From Auanema rhodensis (Eukaryota; Animalia; Nematoda): a DNA stretch of 64,000 bases. The notes under the pieces are model-generated. The model worked only from the letters and a program-made list of their open reading frames with translations. It did no database searches and had not been told where the DNA came from. Position numbers and translations under genes: made by a program. Shown here in pieces: positions 1 to 11,381 of this stretch. The DNA lies in contig OZ059899.1 in NCBI GenBank assembly GCA_964057225.1, forward strand, positions 16,616,001-16,680,000. The letters are read 5' to 3'. Position 1 is the first letter of the stretch, and every line of letters starts with the position of its first letter.

Positions 1-196
1 TTGCAGCTTGTTTCCATTCATAATCTGTTACCTCTTCTAGTTTGTTTTTGATTTGACTAACTTTCTGATCAACTCGTTGCTGTTGCTTAGCAGTAAAGCT
101 AGAATACTGAGCACTAGTATTCTCCGCTATCACTTTATTCACTTTCTCCTTGTCTATACCCTCCATACCCGCTTTATTCGGATTAAAATGTAACAT
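1..196 (-). CDS. polk-1: DNA polymerase kappa, first exon (runs off window)
   Basis: Translates MLHFNPNKAGMEGIDKEKVNKVIAENTSAQYSSF..., matching the Pol kappa N-clasp NKAGMEGxDKEK motif; acceptor-like TTGTTACAG one base before the ATG. Confidence 0.85.
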   Translation of the reverse strand, partial: MLHFNPNKAGMEGIDKEKVNKVIAENTSAQYSSFTAKQQQRVDQKVSQIKNKLEEVTDYEWKQAA

Positions 197-382
197 TCTG
201 TAACAGATCATTCCAGTATTCTACTCCTTATAAATCATATCATTATAATTAAATACAAGATATTCAACTGATAGTTTTTTTCATTTCATGTAAAACTCAA
301 ACATTTTATTAAAACCACATCCACAAACAAATCCAACTGGTGATAATACACATATAAATCTTTTTCCTACATTAAATGCATT

Positions 383-1646
383 TCATTGTCTTCTATTAGC
401 TCTTTTTCGAGGAATAATTTCGTCTTTATTATCTTCCTCCTTCACTTCTAATTTAGGATTTTCATTCTTGGGGCTGACACCATCATCATCATCATCTTCA
501 TCAGTTTTTTCTTCATTTTTAATTTCATTATGAGACTCCTCCTCGACTTTAATCTTCATCTTCTTCTAAAATAAATTAATTCAGATTTGATTTCATGTTA
601 ACGGTTCTACTTTAGCTGTAGATGCGGGACAGATATCAAAGCACAAGCATGTATCACATTTAGGTTTAATAGGTAAACATATTTGTTGGCCAAATCCAAC
701 TAACAATGGATTTATCTTGCTCCATTCCTCTCTAAAAATATTTAAATTTTCAACTTATTCCTCTCAAAAATTACTTTGGAAGCATATTTTGAAGTTTAAC
801 TCTCGTTTCTTCAGGGTTTTTAGTTTTCATCCATCCTAAAACAGCATCATAATTTTAGTAAAAATATTAAAATTTATTCCTAATCGATTGGCTATCCGAT
901 GAACATGAGTATCTACAGCAATTCCTTCAACTTCACCCCATGCTACTTGCATAACCAAATGGCCCATTTTAGGCCCAACACCAGGCAATGAACAGAGTCT
1001 TAAAATCAAGAGAATAAGTAAATATTATATATTTCCGAGAAATAAAACACTTATCTTCTAATGTTCGTGGAATATCCCCTTTGAATTTTTCTTTTAAAAG
1101 AATGGCAGATTTTTGAATATACACTGCTTTCCTCTAATAACCCACTCGAAAGCAAATGAATAACTCAAACTAACTTTATAGAATCCTACTGGGCACAGGA
1201 GGGACTCTAATTCAGAAGTCTTAATATTGATCATAGAATCAACTGTACAACCATGTTCACGAAGACGCTAAGTATTAGGTCATCATTATCATAGTGATAC
1301 ATACAAATATACCATAATAGCAGCAGCAGTGATGTGATCTTTTGTTTGACTAGATAACATAAGTGATAGAAGAACTTGAAACCGAAAAACCTCAAAAATC
1401 TCTCATGGTACAAACTTATTACGTGTGCAAAAAACCTCTGGAGGTGCTAATGGATCAGCAAGCTTATGGCATCCCATTGTATCTACAGGAGCATCTTCAA
1501 CTTTTCGCATATCTCTTATACGTTCAACCTTTATAAAATATAAGCTTTTATTTATTATCAAATAAATATTTATGAAAAACCTGAGTCTTCCACACATCTT
1601 CAATATCCTCAGTTTTAAATACCGGAGATACCGCAAGTCTTTTCAT
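383..1646 (-). CDS. nth-1: Endonuclease III-like DNA glycosylase/AP lyase (9 exons)
   Basis: Spliced peptides [24 protein letters not shown], Hh[23 protein letters not shown], and the 4Fe-4S motif C-x6-C-x2-C-x5-C ([17 protein letters not shown]); acidic/basic tail. Confidence 0.93.
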
Positions 1647-1952
1647 GTCCTGGTTGTCTTTAAAACAATAAAGACAAGCCTTCTTAAAATTAAACCTAGT
1701 ATTAACCAAGTAATTTGTATTGAAATATTTTTGAAAAGATGTACGCAAACGATAAAGCATCATTATATTGGTGACAATATTCAAAAACTGAATTCAAATA
1801 ATCAAATATTCCACTCTACTATAGTAATACATGAGTATTTCTATCCTTGTAATCACGCTTATCGTGAAAATCAACAGTATCACAAGTCATTTCATAATCA
1901 GAAACGCCAAACAAAAGGTCAAACAACAGAGAATTTGGAAAGGATGGCAAAC

Positions 1953-1964
1953 TTTTGGCGGGAA
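1953..1964. promoter_or_regulatory. E2F/DP-like site TTTTGGCGGGAA in the divergent promoter between nth-1 and the orphan gene
   Basis: Match to the E2F consensus inside a ~540 bp head-to-head interval. Confidence 0.45.
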
Positions 1965-2182
1965 GTTCATATAATATTATAGGTTTCATTGTGATTTTCA
2001 TATGCCTCGAGATATTTATTAATTTAATTTAATATATACGTAGAATCTACATATGTTATATGTACAACCGTACTTAGTTCATTTAATGAAATAAATGAAT
2101 TTTCAAAATTATCTTATTTACTTCTACATTACGAGAACTTATTGTTCTTCAGAATTAGGATTATATGCTGAACGTTTAATAC

Positions 2183-4406
2183 ATGGAGGCAAAAAAAGAT
2201 TTAGGAGCTGTTTCATCTAGTGCAAAATGCAAAAGGAAAACGGTGCTCAAAGCTAAAAATCAGAACTCTGTATCAAAGTCTAAGTCTCAGGAAGTAAGTC
2301 ATTGGAATACTTTTTTCTTAGTTGTACATCTTCATTTATTTAAGGATTCAAATACGAATGAGAATAGTAATATCATTACCTGTGACTCTGAAAACAAAGA
2401 GGTTTTCAAAGCTATATAAGTAAAATAATGGTCGGACTATCAATCTTTAGAATGAACCCTTATCTACTCTTCTGAATTTTTTTGGGCTCAGTGATTTAAG
2501 TAAGCTAAAGGAATATGCGAATCATGAAACTCCAAACTTAAATGCCTCGGAAGTAGAATTAAACACTTCTTTGAATACAGTGAACTATATTATTTAATTT
2601 TTTTTGTTTTAAATAAGCTCTTATTAGTCATGCAACATCGACCATGGAGAGGTGGAGTCTATACTAGCTTCTTTAACGGAAAATTTGAAATCTACCGTAA
2701 TTTCAATCTTTATCTTCAAATTTATTACTTTGTAACAGATAGAATCGTGCCAAACTTCCGTTATTCATGATATTGATGATGAGTATCCAGACCAAATAAG
2801 TTTTCTGAGCACTGCTGGCTTTTCGCCCGCCGAACGATTAGATGCTGAAGTTACAGTAAATTTGTTTGTTGATTTTAATTATTCAAAATACTTTTATTAA
2901 GGCTATAAATAGTTCATATCTTCACCATACTCTTGATTCTACTATGGATACTACGTTTTTTGCGGTAAGCTTCTGTTTATGCAGATGATATTTTATGATT
3001 ATTTTTACTTTAGGTTGAAGGAAGTCCGGAAGATATCCTTACTTCATTTCAGCTACTTATTCGGGAAATCTTTTTTGCTTTCCGACGCAGTAACGACTGT
3101 AATGTATTCCTGTCTACCAAGAAAATGCCTGAACTTATGTGGGCAAACCATTTCATGACTCATGTTCGGCATCACCAAGTAAGATTTGCAGCTGATGTCT
3201 CTTGAAACTTCAATGGTTTTAGTTCTACACTCTCACAAACATGACTAGTACGCTGTTCGGAGACCAGTTTAATCTATCTGCTATAACTAACATCATGTCT
3301 AATCATAGGTAAAATATACCTTAGACCCCAACTTATTAGGCTTTTTCTTTTTTTTTAAGAACAAAATGTAAAGGTACATTTAATTTTCCAAAGTTGGATA
3401 GCAAATGGTCAATTATTAAAAAAATTGCTCAATTTGTGCCCATTGTGCTCTGTACAGAATGTCGTGCATCTTCATTAAGCGATGAATGCTCGAAAACCCT
3501 TTTTCAATTATTTGAAATGATTCCTACGGAAATGCCTGGGAGCTTATACAGCAGATTCAATGCTGGTTTCAAGGTGAAAGAGGTTTGTTATTTAATTTTA
3601 TGTTTTGTCGAAGTAAAGATATTTCGTAGAACAACAAGAATAAAGATGCACAGAAAGACTCTCCTGAATCGGAAGAGAATAATTCAGAATTAGAGGTTAA
3701 GTGAAGAATGTTCTTCTATTTTACTTAGGTCCTTTAGAATCAGACAAAGCTCACGTATCGATTTCGATTAGTATTGAGGGATATATTCTTTGACGTTCAA
3801 AGATCCAGTGATTGCAATAGTCTTATAAATAACTCACCCGGTGTTCGAAATGATCCATGGAGACACACGTTATTAAGAAAACTGCGAAATATTCATGTAA
3901 TGATTATTTTTTGTTGAAATACTTATGATTCGTATTATCTTTTTAGTATGTGACTGTAGAGACATGGACTGTTCATCTAGGAGATATGAAATTTGATCTT
4001 CGATCAGTTCCGGAAATATTAAAGAAGCATGAGTGAGCTTTTTCTAAATTGTTTATGATCTATGAATTTGAACTTAGGTCAATATGCACGGGAACTTTTG
4101 CGCTTCCAGATGAATTTCAAAAGTTGAATATTATCGACAAACTAGCTTCTTTTTTACCATCCATTTTGTGTATGAATTGTAATCAGAAGAATTATACACA
4201 ACCCATATGTAATGAGATTGAAAATATAATTATAACGTTGAAGCGTATTCCTAATGGAGAAGTTGAAAAAGGTTTAACGCTCATTCATCGGGTTAGTTGT
4301 AACTGTTGAGAAGTCACGAAAAAAATGCAAATTTCAGTGTGAAATCGATAAAAAGAGGAAAAATCTTCAAACAGGAGAAGAAGAAAATAAAAGAAAGAAG
4401 TTGTGA
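2183..4406 (+). CDS. Uncharacterised multi-exon protein with two tandem Cys/His-containing repeats and a C-terminal bipartite NLS-like tail
   Basis: Continuous frame across GT-AG introns of ~45 nt. Repeats FQLLIREIFFAFRRSNDCN/FRLVLRDIFFDVQRSSDCN, HRTKCKGTF/HESICTGTF, FVPIVLCTEC/FLPSILCMNC; ends KKRKNLQTGEEENKRKKL*. Confidence 0.8.
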
Positions 4407-4617
4407 TACTCTTACTTAACCTGTAAGATAAACTATTATGGTTTTTAAATAGATGTATCTGTGAGATCCTTTATTTTTCATTTGGTGTATAAAATATTTC
4501 ATTGAGCAAAAAATTGATTTTGAACCTAATTACAAGATACAGAGGTAGATCAGCAGTAGTTCAATTCAAGAAAAAATGACCGGAATTCGTCCTAAATGTA
4601 TTCTCGATAGTAGTTCA

Positions 4618-7258
4618 TTACATTCTCCTAGTAGGCGTTTTTTTTGGAGTTCGTAATTCGCTACTACTAGGGGATGAGAACATGGACAAGCCATTTAATG
4701 TGCTTGCCAGACTTTCAACACTGGAATGTCTGAAAACATTCATAGATATAAGTTGTGAGATAAGTTTTTAATAACCTGTGAGTTGCCATGGCTGTTAACC
4801 CTAGTTTTTTCAATCTTTTCCAATATTGTGTTACATCCACTCCTTCCCATCCCGAATTTTCAAGGCGATCGAAATATCTTAAACTGCTGTTAAATTTTTC
4901 TAGAAAAGCTTAAAGTCTGACCTTCTCATTATACGATCACGCACTCTTTGTTCGATATCCGTGAGTACAATACTAGTACATATTTCTAAATCTTCAATTA
5001 CCTATAACAAAACAAATTAGTGATAAAGATGCATCTAATAAACCTGTTGTATACTGTCCATGCTGACGACACAGCTATGACAACCGGGCATGTTAAGCGC
5101 ATATTCTAAAGCCAGCTTTGATATTCTAATATTTTTAGACTAAAATAAGTTTTGTTTCAATAAAAAAGCATATGTTTTTCAATTTTACCATGCAATACTG
5201 CGCAGCTGCTAAGCATGTTTCTTTTATAATTTGACTAGCTGGATGCCATGGAGGTGGTCCCTTCTCCGTCAATAGTCCCATAGAAAGTGGTGAAGAATTA
5301 AAAACTCCAATATTTCGTGACTGAAAATAAAGAAAGTTAAAAGAAAAGAAAAAGAATGTAACGAATGCAATCATTCTTATATATTCAAATGATTTATATT
5401 TGATGACAATGTAAACTACAAGTGGCTCGCGTGTGCTGGTTATGCTAATTTATATCCAGGGTATCCCCCCATCATCTGGTTATATAACGATGACACTTGT
5501 AAGTTTCATTTGTTCAAATGTCTGAGGACATGCATAGCTTATAAGCTTCTACACTAAAATTTCAGACCTCGTATTTCACACTGATGTATAGTTAGAATGA
5601 AACAATTGCTTATAACATAGATCTCTTGTTTAATTTGTTTTTTATTTAAAAGAAAATCTCATACTTACCTGAAAGAATGACATGTATTCGCCAAGTGAAT
5701 TATCATTTAATGCTCCATGACAATAAGTCATGACAACATCTATTCGAGTTCCGGAATATTCAATAATTGAGCTAAACACGTTCCATTTTCATAAGAAGAA
5801 AGGTTCTATTTAAAATTTACGCAAGTTTTTTGAGTGGATATCCCGTAAGTCCTATGTATCGGATCTTTCCAGACTGCTTGGCCATTTCCAAAGCCTGTAG
5901 TGTCTCATATAGAATAATATTCTCATTCGGTGCAAAGTCAGCATCGTGTATCTTAAAATGTCATACATTTACTATACAATATACTCATTTATTATTTTAT
6001 ATTACCTGTACAAAACATACATCTATGTAAGTGAGTTTTAATCGTTTCAAACTATTTGTAAGCGATTCTAATATTTTGTCTGCTCGAAAATCAAATGTTC
6101 TAGCGTAATCGAGCTCGAATCGGCCAACCTGTTAATATAATTTTTGAAAAAAAGAATAATTCATTCATCAGTTTGAATTATAAAAATTAACATTTCTTAC
6201 TTTACTACTTATGTAATATGCTTTTCGTGGAACTTTTGCTAGAACCTAAATGAGATCATGAGTATATTCAGATTATAGTTGTTGTTTACTTTTCCTAAAA
6301 TTGCTTCACTTCTCGCTTGTCCATACCAGTAAGCTGTATCGATAAAATTGATTCCTTTACGTAATGCTGTTTCAACAATCTGGGTAATTGAATCATCTAT
6401 ATTTCCGAACATTCCACCAATAGAAGAGCATCCTTAAAATTATTGAAATTCAGAATAAATAATATTTAATATTAGTAAGATTTCTACTCACCAAATCCCA
6501 TCTTCGACACTATCATATCAGTCGACGGTATTCGCCTGTATGACATCCGTCTAACAGATGATTCATCATGAAATCTTGGAATATAAGTTGGAGGTAATGA
6601 TGGCTGTAAGATATATATATATATATATATATATTTACTTCTTGCATTGTATTATTTTATGGAAAAAGCTTTTAAGGTTTTAGTTTTTCTTTATATGACG
6701 TCATTTCGTGCTGTTAACGGGTTCTGTCAATATGCTTGTGCCTCATGTCCGTTGCATGATGTTGCTCTGGCCTATGACTTCTCACAGACAAACAGCAAAT
6801 CGGATGTTTCGATTGTGTGGGTGGCTGTTGTAGTTTTCTTTTTTTATTCGCCTTTAAGGGACATGAGCTGCAGTTGAGCTTCTTTTGTCAATAAAAATGA
6901 TTGTGATGAGCGTAGAAATATTGAAAACAAACAGATATATAGACAGAAAATTAAATCAATTAGTGTAGGAAAAATATAATATTCATAGAATTATAACGTT
7001 TCAAGATTATACTCACATCAAACTGTTCTCCGTTACGAAGACGCGGTGCCAATGAAACAGATCTTGGAAGCTGTCGCGAGGTTGATGGCTAAAAGAAGTT
7101 TTGATTAAGCTTGTCTACAACCACAGAATCTAATATCTACTTGAAAGTGCTAAGTAGGAATGAGTTCAAAGCGGTACCTGGGGATCATGAAGCCGATTAT
7201 GCGAGACACTGCCGTTTATAACTACTCCTCGCGTTCTCGTGAATGTATGTGATTGCAT
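4618..7258 (-). CDS. mec-14: Aldo-keto reductase family protein (MEC-14 / L-galactose dehydrogenase-like); 5' exons above 6605 tentative
   Basis: GINFIDTAYWYGQARSEAILG, KVGRF, SLKRLKLTYIDV, GKIRYIGLTGY, SPLSMGLLTEKGPPPWHPA. The gene symbol is from recalled similarity only. Confidence 0.8.
6610..6633. repeat. (AT)n microsatellite in an intron
   Basis: About 12 AT units visible. Confidence 0.9.
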
Positions 7259-8078
7259 TCTTTCAAATCAAGTTTTAAGCTCAGAATTCATACCAAATTC
7301 GGCTTGTGAACAGACTGCATTGTCCGAATATAGCAACTGAAGGAGAATGATGAGGAAAGGTCGGGAGAATGAGTAAACTGGAAGACTGGTGACACTGCAA
7401 TGAAAAAAAAGATCAGTTTTTAAGTTTTGTTCTTGAGACAGCTCGAAAGTGAATGAGTAGAAAAAAATGAGAAGATATGACTAGACGGGATAGATCAAGA
7501 AGCATCTGAATACAGACGGCAAGTTACTTGGAACAGATAGCATCAGTTCATAAAAAGAAGGCTCGGAAATGAAGAAATGGGAATAATGTATATCTTAGAG
7601 GACATTAGGAGAGAGGTCTGTCAATCGATAAATGTATGAGAAGAGAGCAAGAGCCTCTACTACGAAATGCATGTTGACACGACTTTTCTGTTCCTTACTT
7701 AAGGCCTCCTCCCCTACCATGTCCTCTAACAGAGGAAAAGAAAATGAGGAATAAGGAGAGAGAAAGGAGAGAGAAAGAGCAGCTTTCCTTTTCTGCATGT
7801 AGTGTGAGAAGCAACTAGAACACTCTTGATAGTAGTGAGTTCGATTCAGCTTTATTCGGCATATTCAAGATCAACAATGTATGCTACATTATCCGAAAAC
7901 AATAACAACAACAGCTTTTGGAATTTTCCAAATTTAAAGAAGAGTGAGGATGAGGAAATAGAAAGAGGAATCGACATAAACTTTGATAAGAAACAATTAA
8001 CTAAAAAAAACCAAAAGATCAACAAGTGTCAAAAATGATTATAAAACGGGATAAAATCTTCAACGTGTATAAGACGAA

Positions 8079-10794
8079 TCATATTGGCGTAGCCCAGGAC
8101 TAGACGAATATACAGTGAACATAGAACTCTGAGCACCACACATGGACAGCGTATTACTTCGTTCTCGATAGGATCCTAAAAGCAGTCACATTTGAGATTA
8201 ACATAAATGTAAGTCATCAAGTATTCTGATCATCGAGAATATTTTTGCTGCGAACTATATAGTTGCTTTGTCAGACTGGGAAATATCCACAACTGCTCTG
8301 TATATTCATAACTTACCAATGATCATAGCATCATCATCGTTATCTAAGAAGTCCATGCCGTTCTCATCGTTTTCAGTAACTTCCTTTGCATTACCAAGAG
8401 CATTCGAGAGTAATGTCACATCTTCAGCCAATGGAGAGAATTTTCTCATCAAAGGTGAGATCAAATGAGCGGTTCTGTTGATTGATAAGTAATTCGCGAA
8501 TACAAACAAATTGCTTACTCTTTAAGTTTGTATACATCAAATGGAAACATTTCTTCGAATGGTTTTGTAACTGAGTCATCAATTGGCAATACATGATTAC
8601 AGTACACTAATTGAAGTGACCTTAAAATTATTGATAAGAAAGACAAATAGAAATTATTAAACCTTGTGATAGCACCGAAACAAAGACCAACAGGCTTACT
8701 AACATATTTTAGTGGCTCTAAGGCAGAGTGAACTACTCTACCTAATCCCCATCTACGAATTTCTTCCATATCTAAGAGTTATATTACAGTTTTTTCTCTA
8801 GAAGATGTAACGGACCTGATGACTTTACGAGTTCTTTGTAACGGAATGAAAAAACTATAAAGAATGCTTGGCACAGCGCATAAAAAGTTCCATGGCGACT
8901 TCCACCTGATGTCTGAAATCAATACTTCTTAAAACTCCTATTAAATCAACTTCAAACCTGAACCCCACTAGATTGATCAACATATTGCAACAACCATTTG
9001 AACATTCGAGAAATCCATTCAAATGTAACTCTAGAATACTCACTAATATACAACAAGAAAAATAAAGCAAACCCAATCTTAATAAATTTAGCTCTGGCTA
9101 AAAATGCCGCCATATACGCAGAAGCACCTTGAGCTTTTTTAGCATCAGATTGAGCCCTTTGAGGGCGCGTTATAACAGACCATAAAAATTCCAAAATTTT
9201 TTGAGGGTATTGCTGAAAATAAACATTTAATACAAGGTTTAGAAAAAATATTAACTTCATTTAGTGAAGCTAGATAGAACCATATGAAAGACGAAAATCT
9301 AGAGTGGACAGACATCAGCATTTTACCTTCCAAAATAGGCATAAAAATCCTAAAAACATCATCCGGCTTTAACATATTACCGGGTCGAAACCACGAAGAA
9401 TCTAAAACAAAAGTTGTACAATATAATCATATTTATAATACCAATGGATTCGAGGGTTCCTCCTTGCTTTATGGTTATATAAGTGAGCACATCTTTCATA
9501 GTTCCCTCTAGCTTTGAAGTCTTTTCTTCGACACCATGATTAGTATTCATGTTTTCTTCCACAACACCTTCATCCTAAAAGATATAAGTGATTGGTATTT
9601 TTTATAAGAAAACAACAAACCAAAGCAAATAAAGAAGAAAGTACACAATCATTCTCCGATTCTCTCTTGGTGAGAAACACCTAAATTCAATTAAATGAAA
9701 ACAAAATTCCGAAAGAACTTACATCACAAATAACTATATTTTCAATTATTAAATCCCATATTTCAGGCGTTATCTTAGTGGCATATTCGGAAATTTGAAT
9801 AACATTACGTACAAAACCAACAAAAACTTCGGCAGGTTGGGTGTAATGAGGAAAGGAAAATTTAATACTACTACATAATAATTTGCATGACCTAAAGAAG
9901 AGCATGGATAAAATGAAATAATTTAACCACTTACATAGGTAAGCACTCGTAAATTCGAGCAATAATTTGATGAGCATAAACATAGATTTTATTTTGCTGG
10001 GCTGGATCAAGGGCAAAGGAATCACCTTCTACAGATTCAAAGTTAAATTGTTTTTAAATCTAAAAACAATAACTAACCTGAGCAGACTTTAGGAATCAAA
10101 TTTTTTACTGCACTATTGTATATAGTCTGAGTATGGCATACCTACAAAAATAATTAAAAATAGTTTTCAAAACAACATTTGTACTTGTCTCAGAGCAATA
10201 TCACATAACAAGCTTTGATACCGTGGAAATATTTCAGCAGGAATAGAATTCCATGGAAGGGCCTGAAATTTATGATAAAGTTTTTACAAAAACCAATTAA
10301 AATTACAGCTAGACTATGCACAATCGTCAAACATTTGTCGTCAAACAAATCGCTAAGGTCCACAAACTGTTCCAATAATTGAATTTTAGCAGGATCTTCC
10401 CATTTATCCATAATAGACAAAGCATTGCATATTTTTTTATAAGAAACCAAAGCAACAGGATCTCCCTATATAGAAATGTGTGAAATTATTATGAAATTGA
10501 AAACAAACATACCTTCTTGTACTCAGAGATAATATCTCTTCCGGAAACCGCTTTGGGAGCAGGTTTTTCATCAACAGGCTTTTCAGATGTTGATTTCGGA
10601 ATAATAGCCTTATCAACAACAGTTTTCAATTCTTGTTTAGCTTCGATTTTCGAATCAACTTTTGAAATCTGAAGCAATAATCAGCATCGAAATAATAAAA
10701 AAAAGGTACGAACCTCTCCATTAGCCTGGATACCCGTCTCGTCTTTTTTAGTTTTATTCAAATTTACTGGACGATTTGAAAACGTAGCAAACAT
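8079..10794 (-). CDS. RRN3: RNA polymerase I transcription initiation factor RRN3/TIF-IA
   Basis: FSFPHY, ASAYMAAFLARAKFI, HGTFYALCQA.F..FR, LEPLKY, FPFDVYKL motifs; canonical introns. Start codon tentative. Confidence 0.88.
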
Positions 10795-11381
10795 TCTTAC
10801 TATTTGAATAGTTTTTTTAGCAGAATAACAAGAATCTGTACAAAGTAAAAAGATATTCAATTCACTTTCCACGAGGTTTACGTGTGAAAGTGTGTCCTGA
10901 AACTTATACGAGGATCATAATATCCCAAGCCTGAAACAAGTAAGACAAATAAGCCTTAAAATGTAAAAACTATGACGAATAAAATTATAAAACAGAGAAA
11001 CTACAAATTTGCCAATAATTAATAAACGTAACAACACGTGAAAAATCGAAATTTCATCGTTTTGGGGAACCGAACAGGAGGCAATATGCAGCTAGACGAC
11101 AAAGATAGCATGAAAACAATAGAAAAGAGCATAGTGATTTGAGAGGGTGCATACAGCAATAGACACATAGGACCTTACATCGAAACGGGTAGGATGAACT
11201 CTATTAAAACTTCATTGCACTTAAAACTTTTTCTATTTTTCCTTTAGTTTTCGTGCAAGTTATTCTAGAGGATCATTTAATGAATTGTTTAGAATAAATT
11301 TTTTTGAGCTTTATTATATATATTCTGAAAATAGTGGTTTTTAAATTATGTTATAGTTCAAATTGTGGTAAGGGAACAAAA

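Noticed and set aside
1572-1982. 136-aa plus-strand ORF
   Set aside because: Overlaps the nth-1 5' end antisense and the promoter; no recognisable motif.
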